A DNA stretch of 64,000 nt, taken from positions 128,001 to 192,000 of the forward strand of contig CBDEUM010000014.1 in assembly GCA_965242925.1 (NCBI GenBank), written 5' to 3'. This document shows positions 48,947 through 57,887 of this stretch, one piece after another. The notes below the pieces were generated by a model. The model had not been told where the DNA came from, did no database searches, and saw only the letters and a list, made by a program, of their open reading frames with translations. Each line of letters begins with the position of its first letter. The first letter of the stretch is position 1. Source of the stretch: Roseibacillus sp. (GTDB lineage Bacteria; Verrucomicrobiota; Verrucomicrobiia; Verrucomicrobiales; Akkermansiaceae). The translations under genes and the position numbers were made by a program.

Positions 48947-50182
48947 TCATGGCACCGTTCCGGCTGCTCTCACCCGCATCACATGCACCTTGTTGAGGTC
49001 ATTCCTCCGTTTGCCGAGCCGGAGAAGCCCCTCCCCGCAGGTAATCCAGATCTGGTGGTCACTGATGCGGCAAACCCCGGAATTGCCCAGCGTCGCTCCT
49101 TCATCTGGCAGCAGGATCCGTTCCGTCCTGCGCATCACGCAAAGGCGCCCGGGATCAACCTGCCCGATGAAGAGCGGGGCCCGATGCCGGAAAACATGGT
49201 CATTTCCCGCTCCCCGGCGGGTATAGATCAGAAAGAGCCCTTCTCCAATCCTCGCCCAGTGCTGCTGCGTGTTGTAACTGCCCAGGGGTTCCCCGTCCTC
49301 AAAGGTCCACTCCCGGACCTGCTCGAAAACCAGTCCATCCCGGCTGCGCGTCACATAGCCACTGTGATCCGCCCGCAAGGTAAGATAGAACCACTCCCCG
49401 TGCTGGATGAGGGAGGGTTCGTAGAGCCCACGTCCCTCTGGAATATTGAGCTCCGTTCCATGTTCCACGTAGGAAATCCGTTCGCCGTCGAACCGGCACC
49501 GCACCACCACGCTCGTATAATTGAATTTCTTCGCATCCGCCATGTAGCGGACCGGCAACAGGATCTCACCATTGGGCAGGTCCACCCGTTGCGTGTTGCC
49601 CGCATTGGCCGCCGTGATGGCATGTCCCCCATGATCTTTTCCAGGCATGTCCAGAAATCGCAGAGAGCTCCAGGAGCCATCCGCGGGATTCATCACGGCA
49701 TAAGACACCTTCTCCCTCCGCCGGTTCTCCTTGGTTCCTCCCTCGAAGTTGAACGTCTTGCCGGTAGCAATCACCTTCCCCGACCGGGCATGATAGGTCG
49801 GCCATAAATCACCCGCGCAAACCTCGTATCCGCCCTCTTGCCTTGTCCTCTTCAGGGACGGAATAACCTTCGGGATGCTCCAGGTCTTTCCTCCATCCCG
49901 GCTCACTGCCTGGTAGATGTCATGAAAATTGTGCACCCCTCCTCGCCCCGTCTCTGACATGGTGGTGATCCACCTCGGCCTGCTCCCCTTCCCTGCTTCG
50001 GATGCCGGCACAAAAGCCGTCCGCGCCTGCCACCAGTCCCAATCCCTGTCCCGCCCGGGGATGGTGGTCAGCGCCTCAATCTCCAACTGGACCGGCTTCA
50101 CCTCCCGGGCAACAATCGTTCCTGCTGTCACTGACAGAAACAACGCCCCCGGGAGAACGGACAGCAGCAATCGAAGAGACAT
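48947..50182 (-). CDS. Sialidase-like / BNR beta-propeller glycosidase
   Basis: Signal peptide from ATG 50182. Asp box SRDGGKTW, RGLYEPSL, SRDGL, SYNTQQHW, HVFRHRAPLF, LGNSG. Confidence 0.82.
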   Translation of the reverse strand: MSLRLLLSVLPGALFLSVTAGTIVAREVKPVQLEIEALTTIPGRDRDWDWWQARTAFVPASEAGKGSRPRWITTMSETGRGGVHNFHDIYQAVSRDGGKTWSIPKVIPSLKRTRQEGGYEVCAGDLWPTYHARSGKVIATGKTFNFEGGTKENRRREKVSYAVMNPADGSWSSLRFLDMPGKDHGGHAITAANAGNTQRVDLPNGEILLPVRYMADAKKFNYTSVVVRCRFDGERISYVEHGTELNIPEGRGLYEPSLIQHGEWFYLTLRADHSGYVTRSRDGLVFEQVREWTFEDGEPLGSYNTQQHWARIGEGLFLIYTRRGAGNDHVFRHRAPLFIGQVDPGRLCVMRRTERILLPDEGATLGNSGVCRISDHQIWITCGEGLLRLGKRRNDLNKVHVMRVRAAGTVP

Positions 50183-50460
50183 GGCGGAATTCTGATTACA
50201 GCAGGCACACCCCTTGGCCCACCTAAAATATTCAATCGCCTGTTCCCACCTGCAGGCCTGCCGTCGGCCTCCTTGAAACATGACCCCGTTAAGGGAACCG
50301 GAAAATCACTGGTCAGGGAACCGTCTGCCGCGATCCGGACGGGAACCCGCCGGGATCGAATCCCCGGTGGACGATTCGGATTTGACCAGGAGGATGGTAT
50401 CGCGGACCCTTAACACTGAACAAACCCCATCGGATTGGATTGGTCCGACCACCCTCTTCC

Positions 50461-53400
50461 ATGAAACCCAGGATTCTTTTTTCGGCGGGCATCCTCGCCC
50501 TCGCCTCCCTTCCCCTCCACGCCGTCCAGTACGGTCCCCAGGTCTTTGACCAGCCCGACGGCACCACCAACCTCGGTGACGGCACCACCCTTGCCAGCAG
50601 TGATGATTCCGCTGCGGTGGAGGGCGGCGCCCTGATCCTCACCAGGGACGGGACGGCCAACACCCATGCTTCACTGCGCATCCCCGCCCAGGCCGCCTCC
50701 GCCCAGGGCTGGACCGCTTCCTTTGAATTCACCCTGGCAGACCAGCCCGGAGACGACCCGGGAGAGGGCTTCTCGTTCTCCTATGGGGCAATCCCGGCCT
50801 TCAACAACGGACAGGGTGATCCCACTGAGGCGGACGCCCACGGTGCCGCCGAAGAAGGATGGGGCGCGACCACCCCCCACCTCGCCTTCGGAATCGACAC
50901 GCGTGACAACGGGGCGGTCGAGCAGGGCCTCAACATCTCACGCGACGGAACCGACCTCGCCTTTGAGAATCGCACGATTCTCATCGACGGCCAGACCCTC
51001 AGCGGATCGATCTGGCTCTCCTGGCATCCCGCCAACGGCGCGAGCATGAGCGTTGACCTCGGGGAGGGGTTGTCGCCGGTCTTCACCAACGTGGCCACCC
51101 CGGGCTTCGTGGGAAACAACAGTCATGTTTTTGCCCTCAGTGCCCGGACGGCCAGCGCGACCCAGCGCCTTGAAATCGACAACCTGCAGGTCACCACCAT
51201 CCCGCCCGGCTTTATCGTCCTGCCCAACCCCATTATCTCGGAATTCATGGCGGAAAACGACACCACCCTGGAAGACGAGGACTGCCGAACTTCGGACTGG
51301 CTGGAAATTTTCAATTCCACTGCCACTCCCATCAACCTCGAGGGCTGGTATCTTACCGACGACCCGGACGAGCCTGCCAAGTGGCCTCTTCCGGACCTCC
51401 CCCTCGACGCCAATGAACGCACGATCATCTTCGCCTCCAACCAGGACCGGATCGAGGGCGAGTTGCACACCGATTTCCGCCTGGACAGCGACGGGGGCTA
51501 TCTGGCCCTGGTCAAACCAGATGGCCTGACCGTCGCCTCCTCCTACCTCTACCCACCCCAGATCGGGGATATCTCCTACGGGACCCTCGGCCTGGAACAG
51601 ACCGAAGGATCCTTCCGCAATCCCACCCCGGGCGATCTCAATGTCGGACCCCAGGGTGACTTCCTGCTGGAAAAGGTCATCTTCTCGCAGGAGAGCCAGG
51701 TCATCACTGAACAACTGGACCTGGAACTGAGCAGCCCGCTCCCGGGAACAACCATCCGCTACACCACCAACGCCACGTCCAACAATCCCACCTGGCGGAC
51801 CTATACCAATCCCATCCGCATCGATGAAACCACCCGCGTGACCGCCCGCCTTGAGCAACCGGGAAAGGAGCCCGGCCCCCTGCGTGACCGCACCTTCATC
51901 AAGCTCGCCTCCAACATGCAGAACGTGCGTTCGCCCCTGCCCCTCATCATCATCGACTCCTTCCGCCGCAACATCGATGCTGAGTCGAGTTCCAACTCGC
52001 AGAACCCCAAGCGCCCGGTCCACGGGATCTTCATCGACGTGGACCCCGCCAGCGGAGTGGCCCGACCAACCGACCTTCCCGACTTCGAGGGACGGGGCGG
52101 CATGCGCGTGCGGGGACAGACCTCGTCCGGATTCCCCAAGAAGCAGTACTCCTTCGAGACCTGGACCAGCGAAGGAGATGACAAGAACGTGAGCATCTTC
52201 GGATTCTCCGAGGAATCGGACTGGGTGATCCACGCGCCCTACTCGGACAAGTCGCTCATGCGCAACAAGATCGTCTACGAGACGAGTCGGGAGATAGGCT
52301 ACCCCGCCAGCCGCACCCTCTTCTGTGAGCTCTATTTCAACACCAACGGAGGGGATGTCTCCAGCGCCGACTACCGTGGGATCTACGTCTTCATGGAGAA
52401 GATCAAGCGGGACGACAACCGCGTGAACATCAAGGAACTGCAGAACTGCGACAACGGCCGGTCGAAGGTGACCGGAGGCTACATCTTCAAGAAGGACAAG
52501 GGCCAGTCCGTGGACGTCACTTTCAACACCAGGAGGGAAGGCCACTCCCTCGCCTTCGTGGAACCCGATCAACCGACCCAGACCCAGCGGGAATGGCTCG
52601 ACGCCCACGTCGACCGTTTCGAGGACGCCCTCTGGGGAAGCCGCTTCGACCATCCCACCCGCGGCTACCGCACCTTCATTGACGTGCAGTCCTTCATCGA
52701 CACCCACATCTGGGTGGAGGTCTACAAGAACATCGATGGCTACCGCTTGAGCAGCTACTTCTACAAGGATCGCGGACGCAAGATCGTGGCCTCTCCGGTC
52801 TGGGACTATAACCTCTCCCTGGGGAATGCGGACTATCTGCAGGGTGAGTTTCCCAACGGCTGGTACTACACGCAGCTCAGCAACAATGCCTATCCCTGGT
52901 ACGGCCGCCTTTTCCTTGATCCTGAATTCAACCTCCATTACTGGGACCGCTGGTTCGAATTGCGGGAAGGCATCTTCGATACCGAAGCCATGATGGCGCG
53001 TATCGACAACTACGTGTCCCTGCTCAATGCGCCGGCCCGACGCAACTTCCAGAAGTGGCGCATCCTCGGCAACCACCTCTGGCCCAACGCCCAGAGCTGG
53101 ACTCCCCCGGCGCCCCTGCCCGGGAGCGACCGCAACCTTGCCGGAGCCCGCAACCGGCGGGCCTACCGTGATGAAACCGACTGGATGAAGGGCTGGCTGA
53201 CCGCCCGCCTGGCCTGGATCGACGACCAGAGCGACAATCCGCCCGTCTTCAGCCAGGACGGAGGGGTGATTTCCCCCGGAACCAGCCTCGCCATCACCAA
53301 TCCGAATGCCGGAGGGGGGCAGATCTACTACACCACCGACGGCAGCGATCCCCGCCTGCCCGGCAATCAGAACGTGACCGCCCTGCTGCCTGCGGAATCG

Positions 53401-54945
53401 CAATGCCGTTACACCATCCCGGAGGCGGAAATCCCGGGCTGGAACACGGTGGACGGCCCCGCCGACCTGGCAGGCTGGAACACGGGGCCGGCCGGGCTGG
53501 GATACGAGAGAACCCCGGGACCCTACGCCACCCTGATCAACACGAACCTGCCCGCCGGGACCACCAGCGCCTACGCCCGTTTCGAGTTCGAGATCACGGA
53601 GCAGTCCACCCTGGACGCCCTGGCCGCAGTCAACCTGCGCCTGCAGTATGACGACGGATTCGACGCCTATCTCAACGGAGTGAAAGTCGCGAGTGCCAAC
53701 GCCCCGGACATCCCGGCCTGGAACTCGGTGGCCACCAACACCCGCGAGGGCGAGGTCGGCACCAGCATCCACACCCTCAGCCTCACTTCCTTCAAGAGCG
53801 ACCTGCTGATCGGAACGAACGTCCTGGCCATCCAGCTCCTGAATACCGGGATCACCAGCACCGGCCTGCTCTGCAGCCCGGAAATCCAGGCCAGCAGTTC
53901 GGATGATGCGCCCTCCTCCAGGGCCCGCCTCTACCGCCAGCCCGTCCCCCTCGACAGCTCGCAAACGGTGCGGGCCCGCGTAAAGACCTCCTCGGGATGG
54001 TCCCCCCTCCAGACGGAGGCCTACCTCGTCAACGGCGCACCGGCCGGACCGGCCAACCTGGCAGTAAGTGAGCTGAACTACCGCCCCTCTCCGGGCATCT
54101 CGGAGGCGAGCCGGGGCTTCGACGCGCGAGTCGACTTCGAGTATGTCGAGGTGATGAACATCTCGGACGTGGACGTGGACCTGAGTGGCGTGGCCTTCAC
54201 CAGCGGCATCGAGTTTAAGTTCGATCTCGGAGAGGTGCGCTACCTGGCCCCGGGTGAACGGGTGGTGGTGGTTTCCAATCGCGATGCCTTCAGCCTGCGT
54301 TACTCCCGCCTGGCCTCGGCCGTGCGCATCGCCGGCGAGTACAGCCAGAATCTCAGCAACGACGGGGAGACCATCATCCTGAGCGCGGTGGACGGATCCG
54401 ATATCCGCAACTTCACCTACAACGACAAGGAGCCCTGGTCCGAACTGGCCGACGGCGACGGACTCTCGCTGGTGCTGCGCAATCCCCTCGACAATCCCGA
54501 CCACTCAGACCCTCTCAACTGGCGCTCCAGCACCATCGTCGACGGCGCCCCGGGCAGCAGTGACGGCAGCGAATTCACAGGCGACCCGGATCTCGACAGC
54601 GACGACAACGGGATCAACGACTTCCTCCAGTATACCCTCGCCCCGGACGAAACCACCCCCACCCTGCCCTCCATGGCGATCCAGACCTTCAACCTGGGAG
54701 AGGAAGGGGACAGCGGGGACTTCATGACCTTCAGTTACACCCGCAACCGTATCGCCGACGACGTGAACTACACCGTGCAGCAGAGCCCCAACCTGAGGGA
54801 CTGGTCTCCCGGAACGGCCGAAACGATGGAGCTTATCGAACGCATTGAAAATGAGGACGGCACCGATACCATCAGCTTCCGCCTCAAGGAAGAGGTGACG
54901 GAAGCGAAGGAGCTCTTCCTCCGGTTGGCCGTTGAGAAAGACTGA
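50461..54945 (+). CDS. Secreted CotH-kinase / lamin-tail-domain protein with N-terminal L-lectin-like domain (about 1494 aa)
   Basis: Signal peptide MKPRIL. LTD (ISEFMAEN), kinase motifs RVRGQTS..KK, YRGIYVFMEKIK, KNIDG, WDYN; YDDG beta-sandwich; LTD; C-terminal module. Confidence 0.92.
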   Translation: MKPRILFSAGILALASLPLHAVQYGPQVFDQPDGTTNLGDGTTLASSDDSAAVEGGALILTRDGTANTHASLRIPAQAASAQGWTASFEFTLADQPGDDPGEGFSFSYGAIPAFNNGQGDPTEADAHGAAEEGWGATTPHLAFGIDTRDNGAVEQGLNISRDGTDLAFENRTILIDGQTLSGSIWLSWHPANGASMSVDLGEGLSPVFTNVATPGFVGNNSHVFALSARTASATQRLEIDNLQVTTIPPGFIVLPNPIISEFMAENDTTLEDEDCRTSDWLEIFNSTATPINLEGWYLTDDPDEPAKWPLPDLPLDANERTIIFASNQDRIEGELHTDFRLDSDGGYLALVKPDGLTVASSYLYPPQIGDISYGTLGLEQTEGSFRNPTPGDLNVGPQGDFLLEKVIFSQESQVITEQLDLELSSPLPGTTIRYTTNATSNNPTWRTYTNPIRIDETTRVTARLEQPGKEPGPLRDRTFIKLASNMQNVRSPLPLIIIDSFRRNIDAESSSNSQNPKRPVHGIFIDVDPASGVARPTDLPDFEGRGGMRVRGQTSSGFPKKQYSFETWTSEGDDKNVSIFGFSEESDWVIHAPYSDKSLMRNKIVYETSREIGYPASRTLFCELYFNTNGGDVSSADYRGIYVFMEKIKRDDNRVNIKELQNCDNGRSKVTGGYIFKKDKGQSVDVTFNTRREGHSLAFVEPDQPTQTQREWLDAHVDRFEDALWGSRFDHPTRGYRTFIDVQSFIDTHIWVEVYKNIDGYRLSSYFYKDRGRKIVASPVWDYNLSLGNADYLQGEFPNGWYYTQLSNNAYPWYGRLFLDPEFNLHYWDRWFELREGIFDTEAMMARIDNYVSLLNAPARRNFQKWRILGNHLWPNAQSWTPPAPLPGSDRNLAGARNRRAYRDETDWMKGWLTARLAWIDDQSDNPPVFSQDGGVISPGTSLAITNPNAGGGQIYYTTDGSDPRLPGNQNVTALLPAESQCRYTIPEAEIPGWNTVDGPADLAGWNTGPAGLGYERTPGPYATLINTNLPAGTTSAYARFEFEITEQSTLDALAAVNLRLQYDDGFDAYLNGVKVASANAPDIPAWNSVATNTREGEVGTSIHTLSLTSFKSDLLIGTNVLAIQLLNTGITSTGLLCSPEIQASSSDDAPSSRARLYRQPVPLDSSQTVRARVKTSSGWSPLQTEAYLVNGAPAGPANLAVSELNYRPSPGISEASRGFDARVDFEYVEVMNISDVDVDLSGVAFTSGIEFKFDLGEVRYLAPGERVVVVSNRDAFSLRYSRLASAVRIAGEYSQNLSNDGETIILSAVDGSDIRNFTYNDKEPWSELADGDGLSLVLRNPLDNPDHSDPLNWRSSTIVDGAPGSSDGSEFTGDPDLDSDDNGINDFLQYTLAPDETTPTLPSMAIQTFNLGEEGDSGDFMTFSYTRNRIADDVNYTVQQSPNLRDWSPGTAETMELIERIENEDGTDTISFRLKEEVTEAKELFLRLAVEKD

Positions 54946-54993
54946 GGCCGTCATTCTCGCCAGCAGGGAGCTCCCCGGCACCCGCGAGCGCCC

Positions 54994-55024
54994 CTTCCTG
55001 CGGTAGCAATCCAAGCGGACGCCC
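54994..55024. repeat. Direct repeat copy 1 (displaced duplicate of the PQQ gene 3' end)
   Basis: CTTCCTGCGGTAGCAATCCAAGCGGACGCCC; first 20 nt identical, 28/31 overall, to 57891-57921. Confidence 0.9.
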
Positions 55025-55092
55025 CTGTCATGTCAGCCCGCGGGGGCTGCCTTCCAGAGAGCGATCAATTCCGGCTACAGACCGGGGGGACC

Positions 55093-57723
55093 CTAGGGGA
55101 TCTGCACGTTCACGTTGTCAAGGCAGAGTCCGCTAAAGGCATCAGCACTGCCATCACTGACAAAATTGAATTCGATGAGAACAGACTCTCCGATCGCGAT
55201 CGCGGGAACGGGAACTTCAGTAGTGACATAATCCAGATCGAAGACCGTCATGTCGATGGGAACGTCCACCCCCAGCTGGGTCTGGTCGCTGGAGCGCAGG
55301 AAGCGCACGGAGGCGGTGTCGCCAAACCCATCTCCATCCCGGTAGGCATCGAAGCTGAGCTGGGCGGCGGCGATCCCGGTGAGATCGATGACCGGCGTGC
55401 GCAGGGAGATATCGGAGTCGATTCCAAAGTCCCCCAGGCTGGTGCACCAGGCATTGGCTGACTCATCGGCCCCGGAGAGAGGGCCGGTCGAGCCATTAGG
55501 AGAACCCAGCTCCCACTCCGTATTTCCGAAGGCATCATTGACGACCGTCGTCCAGCCTGCCGCCCCGGTCTCCAGGTCATCCGAGAAAAGGGGCGGCGGA
55601 TTTTTCTCCCGAACCGCCACGAACCCCTCTCCTAGGAAGGGCAGGGCAATGACCAGGGTATGGGCACCGGAGGGATCGGCCGCAATGTCCTGCGCGTCGA
55701 CAAGCCCGGCCCAGGACGCCCTCGGTGAAGACAGGTCGGGACTGACCAGAATATCATAGAGTTTACCCAGGGTGCTCTCCCAGGACAGCTCCAGCTCCCC
55801 ACCGGGAGCAGGCCGCACCGCCAGGCCAAGGGGATCCACCCCGTCAACCGGGCCAACCGGCGCTCCCTCGGCAAGCGCCTCGATGCGGGCTGGCGAGAGG
55901 GGAAGATCAAACACCGCCATCTCGTCGATGCGTCCTCCAAAGCTGTTGTTCAGGGTGTTGCCCTCCGCCCCGATGGTCACCACCCCGTTGAAGGCGTCGA
56001 GGGGTTCTCCCCCTGCCGCATCCGCCACCTTGACACCATCCACCCAGATTTCCCGGTGGCCCTCGTCATCCCGCTGGAAGACAAAGTGCTGCCACTGGTT
56101 GAGATTGACCGCCCCGCCCACCGTGAGGCGCTGCGGGGGCTCACAGCACCCGGACTGGTCAAAGTAGACGGTTCCGTTGCCCCAGGGCGTATGAGCCTGA
56201 AAGCCGCGCTCGCCCCCGGTTGCCCCGGGTGAGTGAAGCCAGAACACGCTCGAGTTGCCGACCTGGATATTGAATTGCCAGAAGCTCACCGCCATCGCGT
56301 TATTTTCAAACGCGGAATCAAAATAGGTTCCCGGCTCGGTGATCGCTGCTGCTCCGTTTTGGTTAGCCCCGAGATCGAGCGACTGGCCATTGCCGAGGTG
56401 ACCATCCCCCACCGAGGAGAGGACCGCTGGTCCAATCAGGGTGGTGTCAGCACCATTGCCGCTCTGATCCTCCGTCTGGCCCTCGAAATTCCAGTAGGCC
56501 AGAAGGGTCGGTTCCGGCACCGGGGGAATACTGTTGGGGTCGGTCGGGTCAAACAGAGCATCGATTTCGTCTCCATCGTCAAACCCGTCACCATCGCTGT
56601 CGGGATCAAGGGGGTCGGTTCCGGTGTCGCTGGCACTGACAAAGGCACCCGTTCCGGACTCCACCCCGTCGAGAAGGCCGTCACCATCGCTATCGGGATC
56701 GGAGGGATCAGTGCCGATAGTAGCTTCATTGCCGTCACTGGAGCCGTCGTCGTCCGAATCGGAATCGAGGGGATCAGTCCTGGCGGCGTATTCCTCCGCA
56801 TCGCTCGATCCGTCGTTGTCAAAGTCACTCGTGACCGGCGCGTCATCGGGGCCCGCGACATCATCCAGGCCATCGACCCCGTCATTCGCATCGGCATCGA
56901 TGATCCTCTGCTCGAAGGCATCCGGCAGACCGTCGGCATCGGTATCGGCAGGTGGAATAATCAGACCCGACGGACGAAGGCTGCCCTCCGCCAGGCTGGC
57001 GATCTGGTCCGGGGTCAAGGCGTCATCGTAGACCGCAATATCGTCAATGAGACCGGAAAAGCTGTTGTTCAGGCTGTTGTCGGCTCCGATGGTCAGGATC
57101 CCATTGAAGGCGTCGAGGGCTTCGGCTCCGCCTCCACTGGCGGCAAGGGCACCATCAACCCAGATTTCACGATTACCCGCAGCGTCCCGCTGGAAGACGA
57201 AGTGCTGCCACTGGTTGATGGTGACCACCCCACCCACCGTGAGGCGCTGCGGGGGATCGCAGCACCCGGACTGGTCAAAGTAAACGGTTCCGTCGCTCCA
57301 GGGCGTGTGGGCCTGGAAGCCGCGCTCGCTCCCGGTTGCCCCGGGTGAATGAACCCAGAACGCGCTGGAGCTGCCGATCTGGGTGTTGAACTGCCAGAAG
57401 CTCACCGCCATGGCATTGTTATTGGCAGCCGCATCAAAGTGGCTGCCAGCCGGAACTATCGCAGCCGCACGGTTATTGAGCGCCCCAAGATCAAGAGCCC
57501 GGTCACCCGCCACGCCCGTTACTCCGCCCGCGGCGGCAGTAAAGACGGCCGGCGCACTCAATACGGCGTCGGGGGCATTCCCCGAGACGTCCAATGCCAC
57601 CGTAGGATTGCTGTCGTCATCGAAATCAAAGTAAGCGAGCAGATCCAGAGCATGGACCCGCTGGATACTCAGGGAACCTGCGAACAGGACTAAGGCCAGG
57701 AGGAACGAGGCTTTCGTAGACAC
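55093..57723 (-). CDS. Secreted protein with two duplicated LamG-like domains, TSP3-like repeats and a C-terminal beta-sandwich
   Basis: GTG start with signal peptide. Two copies of AMAVSFWQFN...ERGFQAHTPW..GTVYFDQSGCC.PPQRLTVGG....NQWQHFVFQRD..G.REIWVDG, with DSDGDG repeats between them. Confidence 0.88.
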   Translation of the reverse strand: MSTKASFLLALVLFAGSLSIQRVHALDLLAYFDFDDDSNPTVALDVSGNAPDAVLSAPAVFTAAAGGVTGVAGDRALDLGALNNRAAAIVPAGSHFDAAANNNAMAVSFWQFNTQIGSSSAFWVHSPGATGSERGFQAHTPWSDGTVYFDQSGCCDPPQRLTVGGVVTINQWQHFVFQRDAAGNREIWVDGALAASGGGAEALDAFNGILTIGADNSLNNSFSGLIDDIAVYDDALTPDQIASLAEGSLRPSGLIIPPADTDADGLPDAFEQRIIDADANDGVDGLDDVAGPDDAPVTSDFDNDGSSDAEEYAARTDPLDSDSDDDGSSDGNEATIGTDPSDPDSDGDGLLDGVESGTGAFVSASDTGTDPLDPDSDGDGFDDGDEIDALFDPTDPNSIPPVPEPTLLAYWNFEGQTEDQSGNGADTTLIGPAVLSSVGDGHLGNGQSLDLGANQNGAAAITEPGTYFDSAFENNAMAVSFWQFNIQVGNSSVFWLHSPGATGGERGFQAHTPWGNGTVYFDQSGCCEPPQRLTVGGAVNLNQWQHFVFQRDDEGHREIWVDGVKVADAAGGEPLDAFNGVVTIGAEGNTLNNSFGGRIDEMAVFDLPLSPARIEALAEGAPVGPVDGVDPLGLAVRPAPGGELELSWESTLGKLYDILVSPDLSSPRASWAGLVDAQDIAADPSGAHTLVIALPFLGEGFVAVREKNPPPLFSDDLETGAAGWTTVVNDAFGNTEWELGSPNGSTGPLSGADESANAWCTSLGDFGIDSDISLRTPVIDLTGIAAAQLSFDAYRDGDGFGDTASVRFLRSSDQTQLGVDVPIDMTVFDLDYVTTEVPVPAIAIGESVLIEFNFVSDGSADAFSGLCLDNVNVQIP

Positions 57724-57887
57724 GGTATGGATTTTTGGTTGAACGCCAAAATACAGGTTTTATTTCCCCCGCCTTGTCCAGCAAAAGCAAAACATTTGCT
57801 CCTTCCCCGGCGTGCTGGGATCCCTCGCCCTGTTGAATCTGTCCCCTGCAATTCCCCTGCGAAGGGGCGCCTCACCACCGTTCCGGC

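Noticed and set aside
50293..50347. Three GGGAACC copies upstream of a CotH gene (ECF -35-like)
   Set aside because: Irregular spacing (23 and 25 nt) and no matching -10 element at the canonical distance.
50938..54504. 1188-aa antisense ORF (also 11738-14269, 18035-19546, 46042-47982, 59374-61479 and similar)
   Set aside because: Shadow frames opposite well-supported genes, expected from GC-rich codon bias; no recognisable motifs.
54505..55014. 169-aa ORF starting (L)DCYRRK
   Set aside because: Begins inside the displaced repeat and runs antisense through the CotH gene; treated as evidence for the duplication, not as a gene.
48953..57887. 12-nt match CACCGTTCCGGC at 48953-48964 and 57876-57887
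   Set aside because: Many 12-mer matches are expected by chance in 64 kb of GC-rich DNA.
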